Positions 1 to 10,775 of a DNA stretch of 64,000 bases are shown one piece after another. The stretch lies in contig CAYNIC010000007.1 in the NCBI GenBank assembly GCA_964397465.1, positions 16,474-80,473 of the forward strand. Direction: 5' to 3'. Source of the DNA: an uncultured Rhodospirillales bacterium (GTDB taxonomy: Bacteria; Pseudomonadota; Alphaproteobacteria; JAWKYA01). How positions within the stretch are numbered: position 1 is the first letter of the stretch; the number at the start of each line of letters is the position of its first letter. The position numbers were made by a program, and so were the translations under genes. Under the pieces are notes generated by a model. It did not search any database. It was not told the origin of the DNA and saw only the letters and a list, made by a program, of their open reading frames with translations.

Positions 1-238
1 CAAAACAGTATCTGTCGCGAGCAGCTCAAATAAAGGCGCGAGGTCCATGCCAGCTGCGAGGGGGTCTATCAATGCTGCTTCATGGGGCCCGGCCAATTGA
101 ACCAGGCAGAGCTTGGGCCAAAAGGTCTTTTCCCGCATAAACTCGGTATCAACAGTGATAAATTCCGCATCTTTTAAGCGATGGCAGAAGCCAGTAAGGG
201 CGGGGGTATCGGTGATAAGATTGGGCAGGGACGTCATA
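1..238 (-). CDS. rnd: Ribonuclease D, N-terminal part; the gene continues beyond the window edge.
   Basis: The reverse strand translates to [50 protein letters not shown], a typical RNase D 3'-5' exonuclease N-terminus. Start codon is at 238, divergent from aspS. Confidence 0.6.
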
Positions 239-341
239 CTCTTCCTATAACCTGTCTTGCATTTAATTCCTAGTCGGGGTTGCCTTGACAAAAGCTGCGG
301 TTTTGTGCCCATTGCGGCATATCTGAAAGGGAAAACCCACG

Positions 342-2123
342 ATGCATGCCTATCGCTCTCATACCTGCGGGGAACTTCGGATCACCCATGATTCACAGCA
401 AGTTAAGCTTTCCGGCTGGGTCCACCGCAAGCGCGATCATGGAAATTTGCTTTTTATTGATCTGCGCGATCATTATGGGCTGACACAGTGTGTGGTTAAC
501 CGCTCAAGCCCGGCTTTCTCCGCCGCCGAAGCGCTTCGCCTCGAAAGTGTCATTACGATTGACGGCAAGGTCGTTGCCCGAACGAACGACACCGCAAACG
601 CCAATTTACCGACAGGCCAAATCGAAATTCAGGTTGCATCGGTAACTCTTCTTTCAGAATCAGATCCTTTGCCCCTTCAAGTGAATGCTGAGACAGATAC
701 AAATGAAGAGCTGCGCCTCCGGTACCGTTTTTTGGATTTGCGCCGTGACAGTTTACATCGGAATATCATCCTGCGCAGCCAGGTCATCGCCTCTATTCGG
801 CGCCGTATGATTGATGCGGGATTTCTTGAATTTCAAACACCGATCTTAACGGCAAGTTCGCCAGAGGGTGCGCGCGACTTTTTGGTGCCAAGCCGCATGC
901 ATCCGGGAAAATTTTACGCTCTCCCGCAAGCTCCGCAGATGTTTAAGCAGCTGCTGATGGTGGCGGGGTTCGACCGATATTTTCAGATTGCGCCCTGCTT
1001 TCGCGATGAAGATGCGCGGGCGGATCGTTCCCCCGGCGAATTTTATCAGCTTGATTTTGAGATGTCTTTTGTAACGCAGGATGACGTGTTTCGAACTATT
1101 GAGCCGGTGCTGCAGGGCGTGTTCGAGGAGTTTGGTCGTGGTTATAAGGTTACGCCGGCCCCATTTCCGCGTATTGCCTATGATGACGCCATGTTGCGTT
1201 ACGGCTCTGATAAGCCGGATCTTCGCAATCCGCTGCAGATTTCCGATGTTACGAATGCTTTCCGCGATTCTGGGTTCGGTATCTTTGCCAAGTTGACTGA
1301 AAAAGGTGCTGTGGTTCGCGCCATCCCGGGCCCCGGTGCGGCAAGCAAACCCCGAAGTTTTTTTGATAAGCTCAATGACTGGGCGCGCAGCGAAGGGCAG
1401 GGTGGCCTCGCCTATGTTCAATTTGATGGCGGCGAAGCCAAGGGGCCTATCGCCAAACTGCTGGATGCAGAACGGTTATCGGCGATCAAAAATGTGAGTA
1501 AGGTGGGCGAGGGAGACGCCGTTTTCTTTGTGTGCGGTCCGGCGCGTCAAATCGAAAAATTTGCCGGGTTTGTGCGCACGAGAATCTGCGAAGAACTAGA
1601 CCTCTTAGAGAAAGATACATTCAAACTTTGCTGGATCGTTGATTTCCCTATGTACGAGCGGGATGACAAAACCGGCAAGATCGAATTCAGCCACAATCCT
1701 TTCTCCATGCCCCAAGGGGGGCTTCAGGCGCTAGAAACGCAGGATCCGTTAACCATCAAAGCGTATCAATACGACATTGTATGCAATGGAGTTGAGTTAT
1801 CGAGCGGGGCTATTCGTAACCACTTACCTGAAGTGATGTATAAGGCCTTCTCAATCGCCGGTTACAGCCAGCAGGAGGTTGAGGGGAGATTTGGCGGGCT
1901 CTTAACCGCCCTACGCTATGGTGCGCCGCCGCACGGGGGATCCGCGCCGGGGATCGATCGAATTGTCATGCTTCTGGCCCAGGAACACAACCTCCGCGAG
2001 ATTGTGGCCTTTCCGATGAACCAACAAGCTCAGGATCTTTTAATGCAAGCTCCTAACGAAGTTCCTGCCGATCGGCTCAAGGAGTTGCATATTCGATTGG
2101 CTTTACCCCCTACCCGCAGTTAA
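342..2123 (+). CDS. aspS: Aspartyl-tRNA synthetase.
   Basis: 593 aa with an OB-fold anticodon-binding N-terminus and class II catalytic motifs ([21 protein letters not shown]). Confidence 0.95.
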   Translation: MHAYRSHTCGELRITHDSQQVKLSGWVHRKRDHGNLLFIDLRDHYGLTQCVVNRSSPAFSAAEALRLESVITIDGKVVARTNDTANANLPTGQIEIQVASVTLLSESDPLPLQVNAETDTNEELRLRYRFLDLRRDSLHRNIILRSQVIASIRRRMIDAGFLEFQTPILTASSPEGARDFLVPSRMHPGKFYALPQAPQMFKQLLMVAGFDRYFQIAPCFRDEDARADRSPGEFYQLDFEMSFVTQDDVFRTIEPVLQGVFEEFGRGYKVTPAPFPRIAYDDAMLRYGSDKPDLRNPLQISDVTNAFRDSGFGIFAKLTEKGAVVRAIPGPGAASKPRSFFDKLNDWARSEGQGGLAYVQFDGGEAKGPIAKLLDAERLSAIKNVSKVGEGDAVFFVCGPARQIEKFAGFVRTRICEELDLLEKDTFKLCWIVDFPMYERDDKTGKIEFSHNPFSMPQGGLQALETQDPLTIKAYQYDIVCNGVELSSGAIRNHLPEVMYKAFSIAGYSQQEVEGRFGGLLTALRYGAPPHGGSAPGIDRIVMLLAQEHNLREIVAFPMNQQAQDLLMQAPNEVPADRLKELHIRLALPPTRS

Positions 2124-2237
2124 GAGACAGGTTTAAGAGTCGCAAAAAGAGTCACTTGAATCAAACCCTTGCAGGGAGTCCTGTTTCCTGGTATAAGGAA
2201 GCGTCGCCGCGTGACGGTGATGTGGATTAAGGGCTCA

Positions 2238-3272
2238 TATATGTCGCGGCTTTGGATTGTACCCGTGTGCCTTACTCTTGCTGGATGTGGCGGTGGAGGG
2301 GGGTCATCGGTTTCTACCTGGCTCAAAAGCGAACCAGCTTCTGCAGATAAGTCTTCTCAACAATTAGCTCAGCTTGGCGCCTCGGATATACCGGAACTTC
2401 CCCGGATCCAGATGGCCGCCAATACCGCCGCTCCAGGCGTTGCAGCATCTCAGCGTACAGGCAGCCAGCAGTCTTTGCCGACTGTGGATATGAGCAAATC
2501 GTGGTCGACTTCGGTTGAAGCGGCTCCCTTAGATGATTTACCGCCTTTGCCAACTTCTGGCTCAGCGCCGGCTGTAAGCTCGCCTTCTCCGGTTGTTTCA
2601 GCCCCTGTTGCGGAGGCAAGCACGCCAAACGTTAAAGAGGTACCGGTGCTTCCAAGTGTGAGTGCCGCTGGTTCCGGAAATTTACCGGCGCTTCCGACAG
2701 TTACTGTAACAGCAACGGCGCCAAAAGCTCCTCTAGCACCACCGAAAGCCGTTGTATCTGAACCAACAACAGTGGCGGCAACGTCTCCTTCTGTCGTGGA
2801 CCCCTACGCAGATCGAACAACCGCCTATATGGCAACGCAGAAAACTGTGTCGGTATCTGCGCCTCAGGCTTCGCCTTCGGCAGTTAAGATGGCGGCCTTG
2901 CCAAGCTTGACGCCGGCCGCTCCGGAAACTGCACCCGTTGCTGCCGTCGGATCTGTCCAATCAGAAGCGCTGCCGGTTTCCTCCGCTCCTGCAGTGAAGC
3001 CAATGGTGTCAAAAGCCATTGCTCAAGCAGAAGCGCCCGCCATGGTTCCGGGCAATGGAAAGCGTTACCTGGTGTTCGCAAGCTTTAATGAATCCGAGAA
3101 GGCAAAAATCTTGGCACGCCGCCATGCAAAGTTGGGGGCCACGGTTCTCGCTTCTGAGGTTGGCGGTGCCCAGGTATATCGTGTGGCTGTCCCAGTTGGA
3201 AAATCGGCTGCGACCAAGCGACGTGATTTAGCTGCCGCGGGCTTGACGGATACCTGGCCGCTTCGCATGTAA
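2238..3272 (+). CDS. SPOR-domain lipoprotein with a long Pro/Ala/Ser/Val-rich linker.
   Basis: Lipobox signal MSRLWIVPVCLTLAGC, then about 230 aa of low-complexity PAVS-rich sequence, then a C-terminal SPOR-like block (KRYLVFASFNESEKAKILARRHAKLGATV...QVYRVAVPVG). The start is chosen at ATG 2238, where AAGGG lies about 10 nt upstream; 2217 and 2169 are alternatives. Confidence 0.7.
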   Translation, partial: YMSRLWIVPVCLTLAGCGGGGGSSVSTWLKSEPASADKSSQQLAQLGASDIPELPRIQMAANTAAPGVAASQRTGSQQSLPTVDMSKSWSTSVEAAPLDDLPPLPTSGSAPAVSSPSPVVSAPVAEASTPNVKEVPVLPSVSAAGSGNLPALPTVTVTATAPKAPLAPPKAVVSEPTTVAATSPSVVDPYADRTTAYMATQKTVSVSAPQASPSAVKMAALPSLTPAAPETAPVAAVGSVQSEALPVSSAPAVKPMVSKAIAQAEAPAMVPGNGKRYLVFASFNESEKAKILARRHAKLGATVLASEVGGAQVYRVAVPVGKSAATKRRDLAAAGLTDTWPLRM

Positions 3273-3309
3273 TTATAAGGCCACCAAATAGGATGGGCTG
3301 CTGTTTAAG

Positions 3310-3338
3310 CGCCTCCGTGGCATAAGAGGACGGAGGCG
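3310..3338 (+). promoter_or_regulatory. Hairpin that pairs the Shine-Dalgarno of the downstream GTG-start gene with an upstream CCUCC.
   Basis: CGCCTCCGT-N11-ACGGAGGCG forms a 9 bp stem. The GGAGG in the 3' arm lies 5 nt before GTG 3342. Confidence 0.3.
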
Positions 3339-3341
3339 TAT

Positions 3342-4196
3342 GTGAGAGGATTCTCTATTAAAATCGTGAGCAAAATTGCTTTTGCCGCGGCTATCGCCCT
3401 GTCGGCTGCTGTATCAGCCCGTTTTGCTGCCGCAGCGGATCAAGTACCAGCGGATATGACACCGCATCGGGTAGTCTATTCTCTAACAAGCGATAAAGTT
3501 CGCTCCGATAGTCCTTTTGTGGCCGCTGAGGGCGATTTTGTCATGGAAATTGCAGAAAGTTGCGAGGGCTGGACCCTCAGCCAACGCATTCGTCTGGTCT
3601 TTAGCGATAAAATGGATGGCCGCGTAACAACGGATTATCGCTTTGCAAGCTTTGAATCCCGAGACGGTCTTTCGTATGATTTTTCAGTCAAAAATACCCA
3701 CGAAGATGAGGTCGTGGAGGATTTTAGCGGTACCGCCAAGCTGACGGCTCTTGGCAAGGGTGGAACGGCGCGATTCCGGCGCCCTGTTGCAAAGGAAATA
3801 GTTTTGCCCCCAGGGACCTTGTTTCCCATTCAGTATAATCTTGCTTTAATGCGATCCATGACCGCCGGTAACAAAATTATGCCGGGAATTACCTTTGATG
3901 GCGGCAGCGATGAAGCGCCCTATGAGGTGAATGCAATTATCGGTTTACCGGCCGAGAACAACCTCGGCCAGGGTAAAGGCGATGCGAACCTTTTGAAGGG
4001 TAAAGCATGGCCGGTGCGTATTGCTTATTTTAATTTAAGCGAAAAAAAAGCTGAGCCTAATTTCGAACTCGATATCCATATGCTGCAAAACGGCATCTCG
4101 CCGTCGTTGATTTTGGATTACGGTTACATGCGTGTCGGAGGCGTGCTGGAGAAAATCGAGGCCTTGCCGCGCCCTAAATGCGGTATTCAGCGCTGA
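3342..4196 (+). CDS. Secreted or periplasmic protein, tentatively DUF1849 (EipB-like).
   Basis: GTG start with GGAGG SD; signal peptide [21 protein letters not shown]; 284 aa with no enzymatic motifs. The family assignment is from memory of alphaproteobacterial DUF1849 proteins. Confidence 0.5.
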   Translation: MRGFSIKIVSKIAFAAAIALSAAVSARFAAAADQVPADMTPHRVVYSLTSDKVRSDSPFVAAEGDFVMEIAESCEGWTLSQRIRLVFSDKMDGRVTTDYRFASFESRDGLSYDFSVKNTHEDEVVEDFSGTAKLTALGKGGTARFRRPVAKEIVLPPGTLFPIQYNLALMRSMTAGNKIMPGITFDGGSDEAPYEVNAIIGLPAENNLGQGKGDANLLKGKAWPVRIAYFNLSEKKAEPNFELDIHMLQNGISPSLILDYGYMRVGGVLEKIEALPRPKCGIQR

Positions 4197-4831
4197 GGTC
4201 TATTAAAAATATCCTCGAAGCTTTTTTGTAAAGCCTGATCAACTTCTGTCAGACTTACCGATTTTCCGAGAGCGGCCATCGATGTAACGCCGTAGCGGGC
4301 ATCTTGAATGCCGCAAGGCACGATTCCTTTGAAATGATCTAAATTGGGGTTAATGTTTAACGCAATGCCATGATAGGCCACCCAGCGCCGGACGCGAACG
4401 CCGACCGCCATAATCTTATCTTCCTTCCCGTCGGTGCTGCTCACCCATAATCCGACCCGTCCTTGTCGGGTCTCTGCTTTCACACCGAAATGGGCAAGAG
4501 TTGCTTGGCCCCATCGCTCCAAATCGCAGACATGACGGCGAACATCATGGCCTCTTTGCCTCAAGTCCAAAACTGCATAAACAACCCTTTGTCCTGGTCC
4601 ATGATAGGTAATTTGGCCGCCCCGGCCGGTTTGATAGACGGGAAAGCGGGGGGTGATCAAATCACCCGGTTTGGCGCTGGAGCCTGCGGTATAAAGCGCC
4701 GGATGCTCCAAAAGCCATACCAGCTCGCCCGCCTGGCCGCTCGCAATGGCAGCAACCCTAGCTTCCATGGCCGTTATAGCGTCTAAATAAGGTACGGGGC
4801 GGGGGTCTATCCGCCATTCTGGCTCTTGCAT
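4187..4831 (-). CDS. lipB: Octanoyl (lipoyl) transferase.
   Basis: 214 aa with the motif [15 protein letters not shown], a LipB hallmark. Its stop overlaps the upstream convergent gene by 10 nt. Confidence 0.9.
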   Translation of the reverse strand: MQEPEWRIDPRPVPYLDAITAMEARVAAIASGQAGELVWLLEHPALYTAGSSAKPGDLITPRFPVYQTGRGGQITYHGPGQRVVYAVLDLRQRGHDVRRHVCDLERWGQATLAHFGVKAETRQGRVGLWVSSTDGKEDKIMAVGVRVRRWVAYHGIALNINPNLDHFKGIVPCGIQDARYGVTSMAALGKSVSLTEVDQALQKSFEDIFNRPQR

Positions 4832-4940
4832 GGCTTTATAATCACTATCGTAAAAATAAGAACAACAATTAAGCGTGCTTGCGCCCTGGCGGGGGTTTTG
4901 CTATTCCCGACCCCAGGGCAGCAAGCTCTTAATTAATGAT

Positions 4941-5026
4941 GCGGTCGTGGCGGAACGGTAGACGCGCAGCGTTGAGGTCGCTGTGGGGGCAACCCCGTGG
5001 AAGTTCGAGTCTTCTCGACCGCACCA
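4941..5026 (+). tRNA. tRNA-Leu, anticodon GAG, class II with a long variable arm, CCA encoded.
   Basis: Acceptor stem GCGGTCG/CGACCGC; D-arm GCG-loop-CGC; anticodon stem CAGCG/CGCTG with loop TTGAGGT; variable stem GGGG/CCCC; T-arm GGAAG-TTCGAGT-CTTCT; ends ACCA. Confidence 0.85.
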
Positions 5027-5080
5027 AATAACCTTAAGGCACGCCGTTAACCGCGTGCCTTTATGATATGAAGGGCTAGG

Positions 5081-7375
5081 ATGGGCGATCAAAGCAGCCG
5101 TGACGCGCTTCGTGAGGCAGCCCTTGCGTATCACCGTATGGGAGGGCAACCCGGCAAGATCGAGGTTGTCCCTACTAAGCCTCTGGTAAACCAAAGAGAT
5201 TTGGCTTTGGCCTATTCGCCGGGCGTGGCTGCGGCCTGCGAAGAGATTGTCACGGATCCCAAAAATGCCGCCGAGTTGACGTCTCGGGGCAATCTTGTTG
5301 CCGTCGTCACGAATGGGACTGCCGTATTAGGCCTGGGGCCTATTGGCCCTCTTGCCGCTAAGCCGGTTATGGAGGGTAAGGGGGTTCTGTTTAAGAAGTT
5401 TGCAGGAATTGATGTTTTTGATATCGAAATTGATGAACTTGATCCCGAGAAACTCGTCGATATCGTTGCATCCTTAGAGCCGACATTTGGGGGGATCAAT
5501 CTCGAAGATATAAAGGCCCCGGAATGCTTCATCGTTGAGAAAGCGCTCCGGAAACGGATGAAAATTCCTGTTTTCCACGATGATCAGCATGGCACGGCAA
5601 TTATTGTCAGTGCGGCTATTCTGAACGGGTTGCGGGTCGTCGAGAAAGATATCTCCAAAATCAAGGTCGTTGTTGCTGGTGCTGGCGCGGCAGCTTTGGC
5701 CTGTCTCGATCTCTTAGTGAAGCTGGGTTTGAATAAGACCAATGTGACTGTCTGCGATGTCGTCGGCGTGGTCTACGAAGGTCGGACGGAGCTGATGGAT
5801 CCCTGGAAGTCTGCGTGGGCCCGTAAAACCAAAGCCAGGGTCTTGGCCGAGGTTATGCCGGATGCCGACGTTTTCATCGGGCTTTCCGCCCCCAATGTTC
5901 TATCGCCTGAAGTTCTTAAAACCATGGCGCCTCGCCCGTTGGTTTTTGCCCTGGCAAATCCGACACCTGAAATAATGCCTGAGCTCGCTAAGGCGGCCCG
6001 TCCGGATGCCATCATCGCGACGGGACGGTCGGATTATCCGAACCAGGTTAATAATGTTCTTTGTTTTCCCTATATTTTTCGCGGCGCTTTAGATGTAGGC
6101 GCAACGGCGATTAACGATGAGATGAAGCTCGCTTGTGTTCGGGCTCTATCGGAACTGGCTATGGCGGAGGCTCACGAGGCGGTTGTCCGGGCCTATGGCG
6201 ATGAAGAGCTGCGGTTTGGCCCAGATTATCTAATTCCCAAACCCTTTGATCCGAGACTCATCGTTCAATTGGCGCCTGCCGTGGCGAAATCAGCGATGGA
6301 GTCTGGAGTTGCTACCCGGCCTATCGCCGATTTCGAGGCCTATAAAGAAAAATTAAGCCGCTATGTTTACCGGTCGGGCTTACTCATGAAGCCCGTCTTT
6401 GAGCGCGCTCGAAGCGATCCCAAACGGGTTGTCTACGCCGAAGGAGAGGACGAGCGGGTTTTACGCGCTGCTCAGGCGGCCGTGGATGAGCGCTTGGCCA
6501 AACCTATTTTGGTCGGACGGCCTGACGTCATTAGCCGCCGGATTGAACGGTTAGGTTTGCGAATCCGTGTCGGCAAAGAGGTCGAAATCGTCAATCCGTT
6601 AAGCGATCCACGCTATGATGCTTATAGTGCGCTTTACCATGAGATTATGGCGCGTAAGGGGATATCGCCCGCAGCGGGAAAAACGGTAGTGCGCAGCAAC
6701 ACAACCGTTATTGCTGCACTTATGCTGCGACGCAAAGAAGCGGATGCGATGCTCTGTGGCACGGTTGGACCGTTCCGAGATCACTTGTCTGACGTCGCTG
6801 ATGTTATTGGCAAAGCAAAGAATGTCCGCCACCTTTCTTCGATGAGCGGCCTTATTCTGCGGAATGGAACCTTCTTTATCTGCGACACTTATGTCAGTCC
6901 AGACCCGTCGGCAGAGGAAATTGCCGAAACGGTGCAGTTAGCCGCAGCCTCTATCCGGCGCTTCGGTGTATCGCCAAAGGTGGCTCTGTTGTCGCACTCA
7001 AATTTTGGAACAACCAATTTTCCTTCCGCGGTCAAAATGCGGGATGCTTTGGCCATTTTGCAGCGTGAAACGCCCGACCTAGAAGTTGATGGAGAGATGC
7101 ACGCCGACGCAGCTTTGAACGAAACCATTCGTGCGGGTGTATTTCCAGGAGCGCGCTTGAAGGGGCAAGCCAATCTTTTGGTTATGCCTAGCCTGGATAC
7201 GGCTAACATTGCCTTTAATCTTCTGAAGGTTTTAGGCGATGGACTGCCCTTGGGCCCTTTACTGATTGGTCAAGCTTTGCCCGTGCATATTTTAACGCCA
7301 AGCGTTACTGCGCGGGGCATTTTAAACATGACGGCTGTAGCTGCGGTTGACGCCCAAAACCGGGGAGATCGGTAA
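5081..7375 (+). CDS. maeB: NADP-dependent malic enzyme with a C-terminal phosphotransacetylase-like domain.
   Basis: 764 aa. Malic enzyme N-terminal and NAD(P)-binding region ([11 protein letters not shown]), then a PTA-like C-terminal half, typical of MaeB. Confidence 0.9.
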   Translation: MGDQSSRDALREAALAYHRMGGQPGKIEVVPTKPLVNQRDLALAYSPGVAAACEEIVTDPKNAAELTSRGNLVAVVTNGTAVLGLGPIGPLAAKPVMEGKGVLFKKFAGIDVFDIEIDELDPEKLVDIVASLEPTFGGINLEDIKAPECFIVEKALRKRMKIPVFHDDQHGTAIIVSAAILNGLRVVEKDISKIKVVVAGAGAAALACLDLLVKLGLNKTNVTVCDVVGVVYEGRTELMDPWKSAWARKTKARVLAEVMPDADVFIGLSAPNVLSPEVLKTMAPRPLVFALANPTPEIMPELAKAARPDAIIATGRSDYPNQVNNVLCFPYIFRGALDVGATAINDEMKLACVRALSELAMAEAHEAVVRAYGDEELRFGPDYLIPKPFDPRLIVQLAPAVAKSAMESGVATRPIADFEAYKEKLSRYVYRSGLLMKPVFERARSDPKRVVYAEGEDERVLRAAQAAVDERLAKPILVGRPDVISRRIERLGLRIRVGKEVEIVNPLSDPRYDAYSALYHEIMARKGISPAAGKTVVRSNTTVIAALMLRRKEADAMLCGTVGPFRDHLSDVADVIGKAKNVRHLSSMSGLILRNGTFFICDTYVSPDPSAEEIAETVQLAAASIRRFGVSPKVALLSHSNFGTTNFPSAVKMRDALAILQRETPDLEVDGEMHADAALNETIRAGVFPGARLKGQANLLVMPSLDTANIAFNLLKVLGDGLPLGPLLIGQALPVHILTPSVTARGILNMTAVAAVDAQNRGDR

Positions 7376-8754
7376 TGACAACCGATCCCGAAAGCGTGTC
7401 AGCTGAAGAGGGACGGTACGGGCTAGTACCTGAAAACGTTAAGAAGATTGAAGAAGCTCTCGATGACGGCAGAGTAAAGGAGATCAGATCTCTTCTTAGC
7501 CCTCTACACGTCGCAGATATTGCCGATCTTATCGAAAGCCTCTCCGACGATCAGCGGCGAGTGCTGATGGGAGCAATCGATCATGATGTCATCCCCGAGG
7601 TTCTATCCTATCTAGACGAAACGGTTCGTGAGAGTCTGCTGGATGCCTTAGAGCCGGCGCAGGTTGCGAATGTTATTACGCAGCTCGATAGCGATGATGC
7701 GGTTGATTTGATCGAAACGCTGGAACCAGAAGATCAACGCGAAGTGCTTGATGCTGTTCCCGCCGAAGAGCGTGCTCAACTTGAAGATGCGCTGCAGTAC
7801 CCAGAAGATACAGCTGGACGCCTTATGCAGCGCGAGCTGGTTGCTGTGCCAGTGGGCTGGACCGTAGGTAACGCCATTGATTTCACGCGAAGTACAGTAG
7901 ACCTACCCTCTGATTTTTATAATATCTATATTGTGGATACGGAAGGTAAGCCGCAAGGGGCCATCCCATTGAGCAGGGTCTTGCGAAGCGGTAGGGATGT
8001 ACCTCTTGTTAGCCTTATGGATCGTGATTTGCGTTTAGTTCCAGCCACAATGGATCAGGAGGAAGTGGCGTTTCTGTTCCGAAAATATGGGCTGATCGCT
8101 GCTCCCGTTATAGATACTACGGGCCGACTTGTCGGCGTGATCACCTTTGACGATGCGGTACGTGTTATTGAAGAGGAAGCCGAAGACGATCTGTTGAAGC
8201 TGGGCGGCGTTAGTGAGGATGATCTTTACAGTGCAGCCGTTGATACGACAAAAGCCCGGATGCCATGGTTGGCAGTAAATTTAGCGACGGCTTTTCTCGC
8301 CTCATCCGTGATTGGTATATTCGAAGGGGCGATTGAAAAGATCGTCGCCTTGGCGGTTTTAATGCCCATCGTTGCCTCTATGGGAGGTAATGCGGGAACT
8401 CAAACCCTCACCGTCGCAGTGCGGGCTCTTGCAACCAAAGAATTAAGCTCTGCCAATGCCCGTCGCGTGTTGGGTAAGGAAGTGTTGGTGGGCTTTGCCA
8501 ATGGGCTGGCTTTTGCGCTGTTGACCGGCATAGTCGCATGGATTTGGTTTCAGGATCGCGGGGTCGGTATTGTATTGGGTCTGGCCATGGTTGCGAACCT
8601 GCTGATGGCGGCATTTATGGGGATTACAATACCTTTGCTGCTTGAACGATTTAAAATTGACCCTGCGGTCGCTTCGGGCGTGTTTCTAACAGCCATTACT
8701 GATGTCGTTGGTTTTGGCGTATTTTTAGGTTTAGCTGCGCTATTTCTTTTATAG
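7375..8754 (+). CDS. mgtE: Magnesium transporter MgtE.
   Basis: MgtE N-domain, tandem CBS domains and a C-terminal membrane domain. The ATG overlaps the maeB TAA (TAATG). Confidence 0.9.
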   Translation: MTTDPESVSAEEGRYGLVPENVKKIEEALDDGRVKEIRSLLSPLHVADIADLIESLSDDQRRVLMGAIDHDVIPEVLSYLDETVRESLLDALEPAQVANVITQLDSDDAVDLIETLEPEDQREVLDAVPAEERAQLEDALQYPEDTAGRLMQRELVAVPVGWTVGNAIDFTRSTVDLPSDFYNIYIVDTEGKPQGAIPLSRVLRSGRDVPLVSLMDRDLRLVPATMDQEEVAFLFRKYGLIAAPVIDTTGRLVGVITFDDAVRVIEEEAEDDLLKLGGVSEDDLYSAAVDTTKARMPWLAVNLATAFLASSVIGIFEGAIEKIVALAVLMPIVASMGGNAGTQTLTVAVRALATKELSSANARRVLGKEVLVGFANGLAFALLTGIVAWIWFQDRGVGIVLGLAMVANLLMAAFMGITIPLLLERFKIDPAVASGVFLTAITDVVGFGVFLGLAALFLL

Positions 8755-8797
8755 GGTGTAACCGTCAATTAAGTTTTCACCATGGAAGGGTCCAGGT

Positions 8798-9970
8798 ATG
8801 CTGTCCAACCAATTTCCAGCCCTTAATTTTGATCTCGGTGAAACCGCCGACATGCTGCGCGATACGGTGCGGAGTTTTGCCGCCGATGAAATTGCCCATC
8901 GCGCCGCAGATATCGACAGAAACAATGAATTTCCCGCTGACCTTTGGCGCAAAATGGGAAGCTTGGGCATTCTTGGCATAACTGTCGAAGAAGAGCTGGG
9001 CGGTGCGGGCATGGGCTATTTAGAGCACTGCATTGCCATGGAAGAGGTTAGCCGGGCCTCGGCCTCCGTTGGCTTAAGTTATGGCGCTCATTCTAATCTT
9101 TGCGTCAATCAAATCCGTCGCAATGGAACCAAGGAACAGCAGAAGAAGTACCTTCCCAAATTGATATCCGGTGAGTTTGTCGGTGCTCTCGCCATGAGCG
9201 AACCTGGCGCTGGATCTGACGTTGTCTCGATGAAGCTAAGGGCGGAGAAAAAAGGTGACCGCTACATTCTGAATGGCAACAAAATGTGGATCACGAACGG
9301 CCCTGACGCCGACGTGCTTGTTGTTTATGCGAAAACAGATCCGGCTGCCGCCGCTAAAGGTATTTCGGCATTCCTAATTGAAAAGGGAACGAAGGGTTTC
9401 TCGACGGCGCAAAAGCTCGACAAGTTGGGTATGCGGGGCTCGAATACCTGCGAGCTCGTTTTCCAAGATTGTGAGGTGCCAGCAGAGAATATACTCGGTG
9501 GACTAGGCAAGGGCGTAAACGTCTTGATGAGCGGATTGGATTACGAGCGGGCCGTTCTTGCCGCCGGTCCTTTAGGTATTATGCAGGCCTGCATGGATAT
9601 CGTCGTTCCTTACCTGCATGAACGAAAGCAATTTGACCGGCCCATTGGCGAGTTTCAGCTGATGCAAGGTAAGCTGGCCGACATGTATACAACAATGAAT
9701 GCCAGCAAAGCTTACGTCTATGCGGTGGCGCGGGCATGCGATAAGGGGCAAACCACACGCAAGGATGCGGCTGGCGCCATTCTGTATGCCGCAGAAAAGG
9801 CAACCTGGATGGCTCTGGAAGCCATTCAGTGCTTGGGGGGCAACGGCTATATTAATGAGTATCCTACGGGGCGATTATTGCGGGATGCCAAGCTTTATGA
9901 AATTGGCGCCGGGACATCGGAAATAAGGCGCTGGCTAATCGGTCGCGAACTCTTTGAGGAATCAAAGTAG
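8798..9970 (+). CDS. ivd: Isovaleryl-CoA dehydrogenase.
   Basis: 390 aa acyl-CoA dehydrogenase closely resembling IVD/LiuA ([15 protein letters not shown]...[13 protein letters not shown]). Confidence 0.9.
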   Translation: MLSNQFPALNFDLGETADMLRDTVRSFAADEIAHRAADIDRNNEFPADLWRKMGSLGILGITVEEELGGAGMGYLEHCIAMEEVSRASASVGLSYGAHSNLCVNQIRRNGTKEQQKKYLPKLISGEFVGALAMSEPGAGSDVVSMKLRAEKKGDRYILNGNKMWITNGPDADVLVVYAKTDPAAAAKGISAFLIEKGTKGFSTAQKLDKLGMRGSNTCELVFQDCEVPAENILGGLGKGVNVLMSGLDYERAVLAAGPLGIMQACMDIVVPYLHERKQFDRPIGEFQLMQGKLADMYTTMNASKAYVYAVARACDKGQTTRKDAAGAILYAAEKATWMALEAIQCLGGNGYINEYPTGRLLRDAKLYEIGAGTSEIRRWLIGRELFEESK

Positions 9971-9981
9971 AAAAGCCATAA

Positions 9982-10008
9982 AATTACTTCGTTTTGTAAT
10001 TGTTTTTT
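9982..10008 (+). terminator. Weak AT-rich hairpin with a T-run after ivd; possible partial terminator.
   Basis: AATTAC-N8-GTAATT followed by GTTTTTT. The stem is only 6 bp and AT-rich. Confidence 0.25.
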
Positions 10009-10070
10009 CATCATTTTTCTTGTGCTATGGCTAGGCGAGCCACTCAAGGCTTGCGAGGGAGATTCGGCCT

Positions 10071-10754
10071 ATGCCGACGGTTTTGATTACAGGCTCTTCA
10101 CGAGGGCTAGGATTGGAGTTTGCTCGCCAATATGCGGCGGCAGGGTGGCGAGTGATTGCAACGTGCCGCAAACCAAAAGACGCGACGGCTTTGGCGGGGG
10201 TCAAGGGTGATATCAGCATTTATCCTCTTGATGTAACTGATCCGCAGTCTATCCAGGCTTTGCAAAATAGCCTCGGCGATTTTGTTTGCGATCTCTTGAT
10301 TAGTAATGCGGGGGTTTTTGGCCCGCCGCCCCAAAGATTTGGGGGGCTTAATTATCAAGAATGGGAAGATGTCCTGCGGATCAATACCTTAGCGCCAATG
10401 AGGATAGCGGAGGCTTTTGTCGGCGCTGTTGAGCGATCCAATAAAAAAACAATGGTCTTCATCACAAGCCGAATGGGGTCGATCGAAGATAATGGGAGCG
10501 GCAGCTCCTATGCCTATCGTACATCAAAAGCCGCGCTAAATGCTGCGGTTAAGACGATGTCGATTGATTTGGCGGCGCGTAAAGTTATCTCTATCGTTAT
10601 TCATCCCGGGTGGGTGAGAACGGATATGGGAGGCAAGGGTGCCCCACTCACCGCGCAAGAGAGCGTTACAGAGATGCGGCAGGTAATCGATGGTCTGTCC
10701 CTCACAGACAACGGCAAGTTTTACGCTTATGATGGTGTTATATTGCCTTGGTAA
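10071..10754 (+). CDS. Short-chain dehydrogenase/reductase (SDR) family oxidoreductase.
   Basis: TGSSRGLG Rossmann motif, NAG, Y-x3-K. Confidence 0.75.
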   Translation: MPTVLITGSSRGLGLEFARQYAAAGWRVIATCRKPKDATALAGVKGDISIYPLDVTDPQSIQALQNSLGDFVCDLLISNAGVFGPPPQRFGGLNYQEWEDVLRINTLAPMRIAEAFVGAVERSNKKTMVFITSRMGSIEDNGSGSSYAYRTSKAALNAAVKTMSIDLAARKVISIVIHPGWVRTDMGGKGAPLTAQESVTEMRQVIDGLSLTDNGKFYAYDGVILPW

Positions 10755-10775
10755 AAACCAAGAAAAGGGGATGCA

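Noticed and set aside
846-1421. 191-aa antisense ORF plus small same-region ORFs inside aspS.
   Set aside because: They overlap the highly conserved aspS catalytic region on the opposite strand, with no independent signals.
4941-5026. tRNA-Leu as a possible genomic-island integration site.
   Set aside because: Both flanks (lipB, maeB-mgtE) are core housekeeping genes. No integrase, no duplicated tRNA 3' end and no compositional break were seen by eye.
4901-5194. 97-aa minus-strand ORF.
   Set aside because: It overlaps the tRNA-Leu gene and the maeB start and is a six-frame artefact.
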